Positions 9,200-18,547 of a DNA stretch of 64,000 bases are shown piece after piece (position 1 is the first letter of the stretch; each line of letters starts with the position of its first letter). The position numbers and the translations under genes are program-made. The notes below the pieces were generated by a model. The model saw only the letters and a program-made list of their open reading frames with translations. It was not told the DNA's origin and did no database searches. Source of the DNA: a bacterium (GTDB taxonomy: Bacteria > ARS69); contig JAWKKG010000003.1 of assembly GCA_041393395.1 (NCBI GenBank), forward strand, positions 891,126 to 955,125, read 5' to 3'.

Positions 9200-10663
9200 T
9201 CAGGGGGACGAAGCGACGGATCCACGGTAACCGATGCCGTGGAACACTTCGAGGCCGGGTTCGATCCCGGGCTCGGCCGGGACAGCGGCGGCCGCCCGGA
9301 ACTCGCGGAACGCCGCCACGACGGCTGCGGGCGGCCGCGCCCCACGCGGCTCGACCCACACCACCTCGGCGTCGAGCGGCAGGTCGCCGGTGCCGGTCGC
9401 GAACACCGGATCCGTGGGCAACCACACGCCCGGCGGCGAGCCGGTCGCGCGTCGCCCGTACGCCCAGGCAAGCCCGAAGGCGAGTCCGTAGTCCCCGCTG
9501 CCGAGGATCGCGCCGCGCTCGAGCGCCTCCGTCACGCGCGCGTCGCGCGCCGGAAGCTCGTCGTACTCGCGAAGGCGCTCGCTCCAGCGTCGAGCCGACG
9601 AAACGGCGCCCTCGCGCGGTCCCACGTGGATCGCGTACGTGCGATCGAGGGCGGGCCACCGGCGAAGTCGGTCCGACCAGCCCGGCTCCGCGATCAATGC
9701 GCCGACCGCGAGGAGCCACCCGGTCGACGCGAGCGTCAGGGCGGCGAGGCGACGTTCCCGGCCGGCCCGACCGAGTGCGTCGGCGCCCGCGGGGGCGAGC
9801 AACACGAGCCCCGGCAGGAACCAGTTCGCCTTCGCCTGTCCCGCGAGCAGGAACGCCGCGAAGACCGCCAGCCATCCCAGTCCCGTGAGTCGCACGACGT
9901 CGTCGCGACGCCCCCGGAACGCGCCCACGCCCGCGACGTAGAGGAGCCCGGGGCCGGCGTTCGCGACGAGTTCCAGCGCGGTCCACGCGAACCTCCCGAC
10001 GAGGCCGACGTCCGGAGCGAATCGCCCGAGTTCGGCCAGGCCTCGCCGCGTCTCGGAATCCAATCGGTTCGCCACGAGAACGGCCCCGATCGCGAGGATC
10101 AGCAACGAGAGCAGACTCGGCGCCGGAGCCGACCGGAATCGCCGGATCGCGAGCCATGCGGCGGGGAAGCCCAGCAGCCCGCCGACCGGCTTGGAGAGCG
10201 CGGCCAGCGCGGCACTCGCAGCCGGGCCGACGCCGGGACGCCGGGCGTCGGCCGTCGCCGCGAAGCCGGCCGCGGCGAGCAGCAACCAGGCGTCCGGGTG
10301 GGCGACGATCCCGGCCCACGCTCCGCCGAGCGAGGCAGCCAGCGCGAGCGCCGTCCATCCGGCGATCGAGATCGAGGCGCCGCGCGCCCGGATGATCGCG
10401 GCGAGCAGGAACGGCGCCGCGGCGGCCGCGATCACGCTCGGCGAGCGGATCGCGCGGGCGGAGTCGCCGAACGCGTTCGTGGCGATCCGGATCGTGGTCG
10501 TGAGCGCGGGGGAATAGCCTTCGCCGAGGTGGGCCCACGCCCAGTACGCGACCTCGTCCCGCCCCGGCGCGAGTCGCCACGCCAGCACCGCGCGCGCCGC
10601 CATCACCGCGACCAGCAGCGCGAAGGGCAGCCAGGCGCGGCTGCGGTCGCCATCTCGCGTCAC
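9200..10663 (-). CDS. GT39/ArnT-like membrane glycosyltransferase
   Basis: About 11 TM segments. First-loop RDEVAYWAWA resembles the DExxY motif of PMT/ArnT enzymes. GTG at 10663 with a GGGGGAGG RBS; the start is uncertain (ORF is open to 10801). Confidence 0.6.
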   Translation of the reverse strand: MTRDGDRSRAWLPFALLVAVMAARAVLAWRLAPGRDEVAYWAWAHLGEGYSPALTTTIRIATNAFGDSARAIRSPSVIAAAAAPFLLAAIIRARGASISIAGWTALALAASLGGAWAGIVAHPDAWLLLAAAGFAATADARRPGVGPAASAALAALSKPVGGLLGFPAAWLAIRRFRSAPAPSLLSLLILAIGAVLVANRLDSETRRGLAELGRFAPDVGLVGRFAWTALELVANAGPGLLYVAGVGAFRGRRDDVVRLTGLGWLAVFAAFLLAGQAKANWFLPGLVLLAPAGADALGRAGRERRLAALTLASTGWLLAVGALIAEPGWSDRLRRWPALDRTYAIHVGPREGAVSSARRWSERLREYDELPARDARVTEALERGAILGSGDYGLAFGLAWAYGRRATGSPPGVWLPTDPVFATGTGDLPLDAEVVWVEPRGARPPAAVVAAFREFRAAAAVPAEPGIEPGLEVFHGIGYRGSVASSP

Positions 10664-10773
10664 GTCGCCTCCCCCGCGACGTGGGCCTCGCCGTCGCCAC
10701 TCCGTGATATCATGAAGCGTCTTCGCCTGCTCCCGTTCCGAGAACCGCGACCTGGCCCTCGAAAGGACCCGGA

Positions 10774-11808
10774 TTGCCTCCCATCTTCGTCGTGGGCGCA
10801 CCCCGGACCGGCACCACGCTGGTCAAGGAAATCCTGAACCGCCACCCGCGCGTTCACCTGTTCGACGAGGTCCACTTCTTCGAACGCGTGTGGGACGACC
10901 GCGCCGCGATCGGCGATCTCGCGAGTCCGATGTCGCAGTCGACCGCGATCCAGCGAGTGCGCGACATCGTCTCGCGGTACGGCAGCGACGCGGAGATCGC
11001 GGAGATCCTGACCGTCGAGGAGTACCGGCGCCGGCTCATGTCGGAGGGGCGGCAGTACCGCAACCTGTTCCGCATCCTGCTCGAGACCGGCGCCAAGAGA
11101 CACGGCGCGGATTGCTGGGGCGACTCGAGCCCGCAGGACGTTCTGTATCTCGACCGGCTCTTCGAGTGGTATCCGGAGGCGCGCATCGTGGCGCTGATCC
11201 GGGACCCGCGCGGCTATCTGTCGTCGTGCAAGAACTACTTCCGCCGTCAGGTCGCGACGTACAAGGAACGTTCGAACCCGCTGACGCAGGCGATGCTCTG
11301 GCGTACGTACATGTCCGCGGCGACCGAGGCGGCCGCGGGACCGCACGCGGGCTCCGTGCTGCTGCTGCGGTACGAGGATCTCGTCTCCGACCCGGAGACC
11401 TGGGTCCGCCGGCTCGCCGAGCACGTGCAGGTCGAGTTCGATCCCGAGATGCTGGCGGTGGATCGCGCGAACACGTCGTTCCCGGAGGCCGGCGCGCCGG
11501 TGCGCGGCATCTTCGACGCCTCGAAGGATCGCTGGCGCGCGGAGCTCACACCGACCGAGATCTGGATCGCGGAGCGGATCTGCGGTGAGCTGATGCGCAA
11601 GCTCGGCTACGAGCCGGCGACGCTTCCTTCCGGTCAGCGGGCGAAGCCCGCGGTCTCCGAATTGCTGAAGATCGCCGCGCTGCTTCCTTCGCGGGCGTAC
11701 CGTCACGTGTTCCACTCCCACAAGCCGCTGCGCATGGGCAAGGTGAAGCGCGTGCTCGAACACCTACGGCCGTCGGGCGCGTCCGGCGCGGCAAGGAGAA
11801 CGAAGTGA
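10774..11808 (+). CDS. sulfotransferase family protein
   Basis: PAPS 5'-PSB loop VVGAPRTGTTL and 3'-PB region VALIRDPRGYLSS. Confidence 0.85.
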   Translation: MPPIFVVGAPRTGTTLVKEILNRHPRVHLFDEVHFFERVWDDRAAIGDLASPMSQSTAIQRVRDIVSRYGSDAEIAEILTVEEYRRRLMSEGRQYRNLFRILLETGAKRHGADCWGDSSPQDVLYLDRLFEWYPEARIVALIRDPRGYLSSCKNYFRRQVATYKERSNPLTQAMLWRTYMSAATEAAAGPHAGSVLLLRYEDLVSDPETWVRRLAEHVQVEFDPEMLAVDRANTSFPEAGAPVRGIFDASKDRWRAELTPTEIWIAERICGELMRKLGYEPATLPSGQRAKPAVSELLKIAALLPSRAYRHVFHSHKPLRMGKVKRVLEHLRPSGASGAARRTK

Positions 11809-12092
11809 TCACGATCGGAATGGACTACGAGGTGCTGCCGGGCAAGGAGGCGGCGTTCGAGGAGAAGTTCCGCGACGTGCTCGCGGCGTTCGAGGCCGGC
11901 ACGGGACACCGCCGGTCGCGACTGTACCGACAGGTCGATGCGCCCAGCACCTACCTCATCCACAGCGAGTGGGATTCGCGCGAGGCGTTCCAGGAGTTCC
12001 TCAAGTCGGATGCTTTCCGGGCGGTCACGAACTGGGGTCGCGAGCAGATCCTCGCCGGTCGCCCGCGGCATCGCGTGTACGGGGACGAGTAG
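11805..12092 (+). CDS. antibiotic-biosynthesis-monooxygenase (ABM) domain protein
   Basis: 95 aa. GTGA overlap with the sulfotransferase stop, AAGGAG RBS. ABM-like pattern ...YLIHSEWDSREAFQEFLKSDAF. Confidence 0.75.
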   Translation: MITIGMDYEVLPGKEAAFEEKFRDVLAAFEAGTGHRRSRLYRQVDAPSTYLIHSEWDSREAFQEFLKSDAFRAVTNWGREQILAGRPRHRVYGDE

Positions 12093-12125
12093 CCCGCGCT
12101 CCGCGGCGGGCGCCGTCGAACCGCG

Positions 12126-12875
12126 CTAGGCAGGACGGGGAGGCACCGGCTGCTCCACCGGTGTGGCACTCGACGGCGTGGCGCTCGGCGCCGGGTTCTT
12201 GACGTCGCGTCGCGCGAGCTCCGTCCCGGTCGGTGCGCGCAGCCCCGCCGTGCTCTCGCGGCGCATCTCCTCGAGCGTCGGCGCGAGGTGTTCCCGGTAG
12301 CAGTCGGGACAGACGCCGTGGCTGAACTCGGCATCCGAGAAGCGCTCCAGGTAGGCTTCGACGTCGGTCCAGTAGTTCTGATCGTCGCGGATCTTCTTGC
12401 AGTACGAGCAGATCGGCAGCAGCCCCTGAAGCGTCTTGACCTCGTGGAGCGCCCGCTCGAGATCGCGGACGCGATCGGCGAGCGCCTTCTGCAGGATGCG
12501 CATCCGCGCGCCCACGCGGACCCGGGCCTGCAGCTCGTCGCGACGGAACGGCTTCGTGACGTAGTCGTCGGCGCCGGCGGCGAACCCCACGACGACGTCG
12601 GCCGACGCCTCCCGCGCGGTCAGCAGGATCACGTAGATCGGGTTCGCCACGCCGGTGCTCTGCTCGAGAGCGCGGAGCTGGCGGACGACCTCCGGGCCTT
12701 CCAGGTCCGGCATCATCCAGTCGAGGATCGCCATGCCCGGCGGGTTCGGTCCGGACAGGACCTGCCAGGCCTCGGATCCGCTCCGGGTCACGACCGGCTC
12801 GAACCCCCACTTCTGGAGGAATCGCTCCAGCATCTGGCAGGAGACGGGTTCGTCTTCAGCGATCAGGATTCGCAT
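12126..12875 (-). CDS. response regulator with a C-terminal Cys/His-rich PICxxCKKIRD domain
   Basis: REC domain: MRILIAEDEP, phospho-Asp context MAILDWMMPDLEG, YVTKPF. The tail is LLPICSYCKKIRDDQNYWTDVEAYLERFSDAEFSHGVCPDCY. Confidence 0.85.
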   Translation of the reverse strand: MRILIAEDEPVSCQMLERFLQKWGFEPVVTRSGSEAWQVLSGPNPPGMAILDWMMPDLEGPEVVRQLRALEQSTGVANPIYVILLTAREASADVVVGFAAGADDYVTKPFRRDELQARVRVGARMRILQKALADRVRDLERALHEVKTLQGLLPICSYCKKIRDDQNYWTDVEAYLERFSDAEFSHGVCPDCYREHLAPTLEEMRRESTAGLRAPTGTELARRDVKNPAPSATPSSATPVEQPVPPRPA

Positions 12876-12996
12876 CGTTTGATCCGGTCCGGGTTCTTCC
12901 TCGCATCGGCAACGTTGGCTGCGCGCTGAAGGCCGACTCGCGGAGCATGAATCCGGTATGATGGGAGAGTCCGGTGCCCCCGAGGAACCCGCCCGC

Positions 12997-14355
12997 ATGA
13001 CCCGAATCGTCCCGAGCCGGCCGCGTCGCCCGAGCGCGTTTCTTGCCGCTTTCGTGGCCCTGGCGGCCGTGGTGGCGCTGACCACCGGGTGTTCGGACCG
13101 CGGGGACGGGTCCACCGGCCCGGATCCGGAGCCCACGATTCCGGGCCCCTTCGCCGCCGCGGCCACCTGCGGCGCCTGCCACCCCCAGCACTTCGCGGAG
13201 TGGACCCGGTCCATGCACGCGTTCGCCGGCTCCGACCCGGCGATGATCGCCCAGTCCCTGATGGCGTCGCGGGAGGGGGGAGACGCGATCGGGTCGGAGT
13301 GCCGGAACTGCCACGCGCCGTCCCTGGTGCGGCAGGAGCGCTGGGTGAACTCGCTGCCGCCGGGCAGCAACCCGGTGCTGGCGGACCTGTCCCACGACGG
13401 CATCTCGTGCGATTTCTGCCACTCGATCCAGGTGGTGCCGCCGGTCGGTCGGATCGACTGGTTCGACACGATCGACCCGGCCGACCCGAAGCTCGGCAGC
13501 ATCGTCGACCCGGTGGCGAACGACTTCCACGAGTCCCGGCACGACGACTCGTTTCGCACGTCGGCGCAGTGTGCGTCGTGTCACCAGATCCATCTCGCGG
13601 ATGGCACCGGCATCGAGAACACGCACCGCGAGTGGGAAACGTCGATCCTGTCCGGCATGGGAATCGAGTGCCAGGAGTGTCACATGCCGGCCTACGACGG
13701 TCCGGCCGCCACGACCGGCCCCGTGCGGCGCGTGCACCGACACGAGTTCGTGGGCGTGGATTACCTCACCGTGGACTTCCGCGACGCCGACCGGGCGCGC
13801 CAGCTCGAGTCCGTGCGCTCGCTGCTCGCGAACAGCGTGACCGTGACGTCGACGGTGCCGTCGAGCGTGGCGAGCGCGGACACGATGGCGATCGAGGTGC
13901 GCGTGCTCAACAACCTCACCGGTCACTCGATTCCTTCCGGAACGTCCTTCTCGCGCGACATGTGGATCCAGGTCACGGTGCGCGACGCCGGGGATTCCGA
14001 GATCTATCGTTCCGGCTGGCTCGAGGCGGACGGGGAGCTCGTGGCCCCGGCCACGGACCCGGACCTCGTGCGGTTCGGCTCCACCCTGTTCGACGCGGAC
14101 GGCCATTCCACGCCGTTCAGCTGGCGTGCCGTCTCGATCGACGAATCGGAGCTCCTCCCGTTCGGCGCCACGCGCGTGGCGACGTATGCGATCCCCGTTC
14201 CGCCCGCCGCGACCGGCCCACTCACGGTGGATCTCGCGCTGCGCTTCCGGCCGATGAAGCCCTCCATCCTGCGCGCCTCGGGTCTCGAGGATCTGCTCCC
14301 CGTGGAGATCTTCGAGATGTGGAGCACGCAGGAGACGGTGGCGATCGAACTCTGA
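12997..14355 (+). CDS. pentaheme c-type cytochrome lipoprotein
   Basis: Lipobox ALTTGC. Five CxxCH motifs (CGACH, CRNCH, CDFCH, CASCH, CQECH). The start could instead be 12958. Confidence 0.8.
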   Translation: MTRIVPSRPRRPSAFLAAFVALAAVVALTTGCSDRGDGSTGPDPEPTIPGPFAAAATCGACHPQHFAEWTRSMHAFAGSDPAMIAQSLMASREGGDAIGSECRNCHAPSLVRQERWVNSLPPGSNPVLADLSHDGISCDFCHSIQVVPPVGRIDWFDTIDPADPKLGSIVDPVANDFHESRHDDSFRTSAQCASCHQIHLADGTGIENTHREWETSILSGMGIECQECHMPAYDGPAATTGPVRRVHRHEFVGVDYLTVDFRDADRARQLESVRSLLANSVTVTSTVPSSVASADTMAIEVRVLNNLTGHSIPSGTSFSRDMWIQVTVRDAGDSEIYRSGWLEADGELVAPATDPDLVRFGSTLFDADGHSTPFSWRAVSIDESELLPFGATRVATYAIPVPPAATGPLTVDLALRFRPMKPSILRASGLEDLLPVEIFEMWSTQETVAIEL

Positions 14356-14423
14356 GACTTCGGGGTTCCGGGATGTCTCCGGTTTCCGCGGCTCGGCTCG
14401 GGCCGCGAACTCGCGGTCCCGCC

Positions 14424-14666
14424 TCAGATCGCGCGGAAGAACCGCTGCGCCACTCCGCCGTCGCCGATCGGAACCCGTAGGCGAGCGAGGCAACGCGGGC
14501 ATCGGCCCTCGTACGCGCGCCGATCACGGGTGCGGTAGATGCGGCCGTAGACTCCGCAGCACGTGAAGTGGATGCCGAGGAACGGTGCTCGCGACGTGCC
14601 GCCCGCATCACCGCCGCGGCCGAGCGCGGCCCACGCCGCGCGACGCTTCTCCGAACGCGTGCTCAC
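14424..14666 (-). CDS. small hypothetical protein with a zinc-ribbon-like CC...CxxC tail
   Basis: GTG at 14666, 8 nt after the upstream lipoprotein stop. C-terminus is GIHFTCCGVYGRIYRTRDRRAYEGRCPRCLARL. The N-terminal half is low complexity. Confidence 0.35.
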   Translation of the reverse strand: MSTRSEKRRAAWAALGRGGDAGGTSRAPFLGIHFTCCGVYGRIYRTRDRRAYEGRCPRCLARLRVPIGDGGVAQRFFRAI

Positions 14667-14674
14667 GGCGTCCC

Positions 14675-15274
14675 CTAGAAGGAAGCGAGGGAAGCCGGCA
14701 TCTCGTCGGCGAGATCCCGGAACACGGCGCTGAGACCGAGGGGGAGGGACTCGGAAGGCTCCGTCTCGCGGATCCGGTTCGCGCTCCAGATCACGGAACC
14801 CGTGCTCAGATCCACGAGTCGTGCGAGGAATCCGACCCGGCCCTTCTTCGCGAGGAACAGGATGCCCGGCTTGCCGGGCTTCCACTCGTACACTTCGGAC
14901 AGCAGCGCGCAGTCGATGCCGAGGGAGTCCATCGCCGCGACCTCCGCTCCGTCCAGCACGCGATCGAGCGGGATCTTCAAGCGGTCGAGGCCCGACTCGA
15001 AGCGCTCGTACTCGAGCACCTCGTACGAGCGGAGCAGCTCGGTTGCGTAGAGCGCCGCGAGCGAGGCGCCATCCGCCTCGGCCGGGGTCACGTTCGCGGG
15101 CAGCTGCACCGGCAGCACCACGATTCGCGTCTCCCGCCCCGGCGAGTGACGGTGACTCATGGAGAGCCGGTCCACGGACCCGCCACACGCGGCGAGCAAC
15201 CCGGCCAGCGCGAGCACCGACACCCCGGCGACGACACGACCTTTCGAGCGATCTTTGCGGATCTCGTGCGGCAC
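14675..15274 (-). CDS. lipoprotein, function unknown
   Basis: GTG at 15274 with a GGGAG RBS. Lipobox LLAACGG. Soluble alpha/beta-looking body. Confidence 0.65.
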   Translation of the reverse strand: MPHEIRKDRSKGRVVAGVSVLALAGLLAACGGSVDRLSMSHRHSPGRETRIVVLPVQLPANVTPAEADGASLAALYATELLRSYEVLEYERFESGLDRLKIPLDRVLDGAEVAAMDSLGIDCALLSEVYEWKPGKPGILFLAKKGRVGFLARLVDLSTGSVIWSANRIRETEPSESLPLGLSAVFRDLADEMPASLASF

Positions 15275-15525
15275 TCGGCAACTCCCGGCGAGTCGAGGAT
15301 TTCCATCGCGGAATCGGCGTTTCGTGGCGCGCGCTTGAGCGCGGAGCCGGCGGATCGAGCGCCGGGCGAAGTTTCGGTGCGGCGGGAGTTCAGGAGAAAG
15401 CCAACGTTGCCGAGAATCGATCAGGCCCGGGAAGCGATTCCGGCGTCGACGGTCGGAGTGCCGCCGCCGATCCGGATCCCGCCGGCCCATTTCACCGTCG
15501 GCCGTCAGACCGGAGGGCAGGACCG

Positions 15526-17070
15526 ATGCGCGACACCGATTTCCTGGTCGTGGGGAGCGGGCCGGCGGGCCAGAAGGCCGCGATCCAGGCGGCGAAGCTC
15601 GGCAAGCGCGTGCTGCTCGTGGAACGCCGGGCCCGGCCCGGCGGGGTCACCGTCCACACCGGGACGATCCCGAGCAAGACCCTGCGCGAGGCCGTGCTCT
15701 ACCTCTCCGGCTGGAAGCAACGCGGGTTCTACGGCCGCGGCTACCGGCTCAAGAAGAACATCTCCATGCAGGACCTGATGGAGCGCCTCGACGTCACGAT
15801 CACGCACGAGATCGAGGTGATTCGCGACCAGCTCCACCGCAACGGCGTGGAGGTGATGGACGGCTCGGCCCGCTTCCTCGCGCCGCACGAGATGCGCGTC
15901 GATCGCGGCGACGGCTCGAGCGAGGTCGTTCGCGCGGAGCGGATCCTGCTCGCCACGGGAACGCGTCCCGTTCGCCCTTCGCACCTGCCGTTCGATGGCC
16001 GGCGCGTGCTCGACTCCGATGACCTGCTCCTGATGCGTGAGCTGCCGCGGACGATGACGATCGTCGGCGCGGGCGTGATCGGCACCGAGTACGCCACGAT
16101 CTTCAACGCGCTCGACGTGAAAGTCTCGCTCGTCGACGGACGGGACGAGCTGCTCGGATTCCTCGATCGCGAGGTCCGCCGGTCGCTCGAGTACCAGCTG
16201 CGTGAGCGCGGCATCGTGCTCCGACTCGGCGAGAAGGTGAAGTCGGTGGAGGTCTGCGACGGTCGGACCGTGACCCGTCTGGAGAGTGGCAAGCTGCTCC
16301 GCTCGGAGGTCGTGCTGTTCGCGGCGGGTCGCGCCGGCTGCACCGACGAGCTCGACCTCGTGGAGGCCGGTCTCGAAGCGGACGCTCAGGGCAGACTCAC
16401 CGTGGACGAGAGCTTCCGCACGAAGGTGCCGCACATCTTCGCCGCGGGCGACGTCATCGGGTTTCCGAGCCTCGCGTCCACGTCGATGGAGCAGGGGCGC
16501 CTCGCGGCCTGCAACGCGTTCGGGTACCAGACGAGCTGCTATCCGGAGTTCTTTCCGTTCGGGATCTACGCCGTCCCCGAGATCAGCACGATCGGTCTGA
16601 CGGAAGACGAGCTCACGCGCGACGGCGTGCCCTACGAGGTCGGCGTGGCGCGGCTGCGGGAGACGGCCCGCGGCCAGGTGCTCGGCCTCGACCACGGCCT
16701 GCTCAAGGTCATCTTCCATCTGGAGACGCGGAAGGTGCTGGGCGTCCACATCTTCGGGGAAGGCGCGACCGAGCTGATCCACATCGGTCAGGCCGTGCTC
16801 GCTCTGGGCGGGACGCTCGAGTATTTCGTGGAGAACGTGTTCAACTACCCCACGCTCGCCGAGGCGTACAAGGTCGCGGCGCTCGACGCGTGGAACCGCA
16901 TGCCCACCCGGCCTTCGTCCGCGGGGGACCCCGTGCGCTCCGAGGAGTTGCTGCGGGACGTTCCGACCCTGCGCGACCCGGAGGCGCCCACCGATCTCCG
17001 TCCCCGCGTGGCCCGCGGTGCGACGGATCGAGTGGAGAAACAGGCCGGCGAGACTTCCCCCTCCGCCTGA
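15526..17070 (+). CDS. sthA: soluble pyridine nucleotide transhydrogenase (SthA-like flavoprotein)
   Basis: GGAGGG RBS. FAD site VVGSGPAGQKAA. GTIPSKTL replaces the redox CxxxxC of Lpd, as in SthA. About 50-aa non-conserved C-terminal tail. Confidence 0.85.
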   Translation: MRDTDFLVVGSGPAGQKAAIQAAKLGKRVLLVERRARPGGVTVHTGTIPSKTLREAVLYLSGWKQRGFYGRGYRLKKNISMQDLMERLDVTITHEIEVIRDQLHRNGVEVMDGSARFLAPHEMRVDRGDGSSEVVRAERILLATGTRPVRPSHLPFDGRRVLDSDDLLLMRELPRTMTIVGAGVIGTEYATIFNALDVKVSLVDGRDELLGFLDREVRRSLEYQLRERGIVLRLGEKVKSVEVCDGRTVTRLESGKLLRSEVVLFAAGRAGCTDELDLVEAGLEADAQGRLTVDESFRTKVPHIFAAGDVIGFPSLASTSMEQGRLAACNAFGYQTSCYPEFFPFGIYAVPEISTIGLTEDELTRDGVPYEVGVARLRETARGQVLGLDHGLLKVIFHLETRKVLGVHIFGEGATELIHIGQAVLALGGTLEYFVENVFNYPTLAEAYKVAALDAWNRMPTRPSSAGDPVRSEELLRDVPTLRDPEAPTDLRPRVARGATDRVEKQAGETSPSA

Positions 17071-17192
17071 GTGGAAGCTCTTGGTCTGGACCCGGGGGAC
17101 CGGGCCGCCCGCGGAAGGGCGGCCCCCCCGAGTCACTCTCCTGACCGTCGGCTCCGACCCGAGAGGACGAATCGCGGCCGGGGAGATCGAGC

Positions 17193-17654
17193 CTAGATCA
17201 CGCGGCCGAGGATCGCATCCAGGACGTCGTTCACGGCGGAGATCGGCGCCGCCACCCGGACGACCTCGTCCGGCGAGTCGACGTAGATGTGGATCGTGCC
17301 CTTCTTCATCTCGACCTGCACGATCTCCTCGTTCGTGCGGATGTCCACGAGCATGCCGTCGCGAACCTTGCCGAGCTCGCGCAGCGAGGCGCGCGCGATC
17401 TCGATGCCCTGGCGGGCGTCGTCGTCCAGCTCGCAGCGGATGTCGTCCACGATGACGGACGGAGCCAGTCGGATCGCGACGGGAACCAGCATCGCGGGGA
17501 TCGTCACGCCGACCTCGCCGCCTTCCTTCTCGATCACGCGGCACTCGATCGCGCCGGGAGTCCAGCTGTCCGCCGCGATCAGCACGAACGGCAGCACGAG
17601 CAGGACCGGAATCGCGAACAGCAGTGCGAACAGGGTGCGGTCACTGCGTTTCAT
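17193..17654 (-). CDS. membrane-anchored hypothetical protein (paralogous module with the next gene)
   Basis: GAGGAGGAA RBS and an N-terminal TM anchor. Shares an 'xHVxV..D.V.V..P....L' module with 17675-18220. Confidence 0.7.
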   Translation of the reverse strand: MKRSDRTLFALLFAIPVLLVLPFVLIAADSWTPGAIECRVIEKEGGEVGVTIPAMLVPVAIRLAPSVIVDDIRCELDDDARQGIEIARASLRELGKVRDGMLVDIRTNEEIVQVEMKKGTIHIYVDSPDEVVRVAAPISAVNDVLDAILGRVI

Positions 17655-17674
17655 GGTCGTTCCTCCTCGTGGGG

Positions 17675-18220
17675 TCAGTCGTTCTGCGCGTTCTTGCGGT
17701 CCACCCAGATACGCACCGCGGCGCCGTCGTCGTTCACCGTGACGAGGTTCTCGCCCTCGTACTTCGAGAGCACGTCGAGGGCGGCGAGGATGTCGAGCTC
17801 GTCGTCCTCGCCGGACACGAGCGCCGAGAGCACCTCGATCGGCATGCGCACGTTGACGGTGTCGTCGTCGTCCTCACGGATGTCCACGTGCAGGAACTTG
17901 CCTTCCTTGCGGACCTTCACCGTGTCGCGGCCGTCCTCGACGGTGACGTACTCGCCGTCCTGGGCGTCGCGGATCGCGCGGAGCAGGGTCACGATCTGCT
18001 CGGGCTCGAGGTCCATGTCGTCGATGCGGACCCGGCCGTGGTGGAACTCGTCGGCTTCGATCAGCGGGAGCGCCGCGGTGACGACCGTCAGCGGGACGTT
18101 GACGCGGACCCGGTCGCCGTCGTCGTCGACGGCCACGTGCAGCCAGCGGGAGTCGTCGCCGGCGGACGCGACGACGGGAATCATCAGGGCGACGATCGGG
18201 ATCAGTCGGAGCAGCTTCAT
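17675..18220 (-). CDS. secreted acidic hypothetical protein with an internal duplication
   Basis: Signal peptide MKLLRLIPIVALMIPVVASA. Two ~30-aa repeats: WLHVAVDDDGDRVRVNVPLTVVTAAL and FLHVDIREDDDDTVNVRMPIEVLSAL. Confidence 0.7.
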   Translation of the reverse strand: MKLLRLIPIVALMIPVVASAGDDSRWLHVAVDDDGDRVRVNVPLTVVTAALPLIEADEFHHGRVRIDDMDLEPEQIVTLLRAIRDAQDGEYVTVEDGRDTVKVRKEGKFLHVDIREDDDDTVNVRMPIEVLSALVSGEDDELDILAALDVLSKYEGENLVTVNDDGAAVRIWVDRKNAQND

Positions 18221-18547
18221 CGGGCACCCCCCGGTTTGCGTTGGTGATAGGGGGCTTACGGGAGGCGAGGCCGCCGGGTTGCGGGTTCTCGCCGATTCGG
18301 GGCCGATCGAGGGCCGATTCTGGGACGAACGGACACGTGCGGCCCGGCCCCCGGCCCGCAAGGACAGGAATCGTGTCGTATTGGGTGAAAAATGGCGGCG
18401 GGGGGCTGTCCCGGACGAGGATCGGGGAGAGGCGCCCTCCCGGACCGACCCCGAATCCGGGACGGGATCAAGCGGGCGGGCGCCGGTGCCGATCGCACGA
18501 ATCAGGGAGAGCGCCGATCGGGAGAACCGGCGCGAACGGGAGGATCC

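Noticed and set aside
17102-17125. The GC hairpin GGGCCGCCC-gcggaa-GGGCGGCCC between convergent sthA and 17193-17654, considered as a terminator.
   Set aside because: There is no U-rich tail on either strand. It may still act as a terminator in a high-GC organism, but I cannot support the call.
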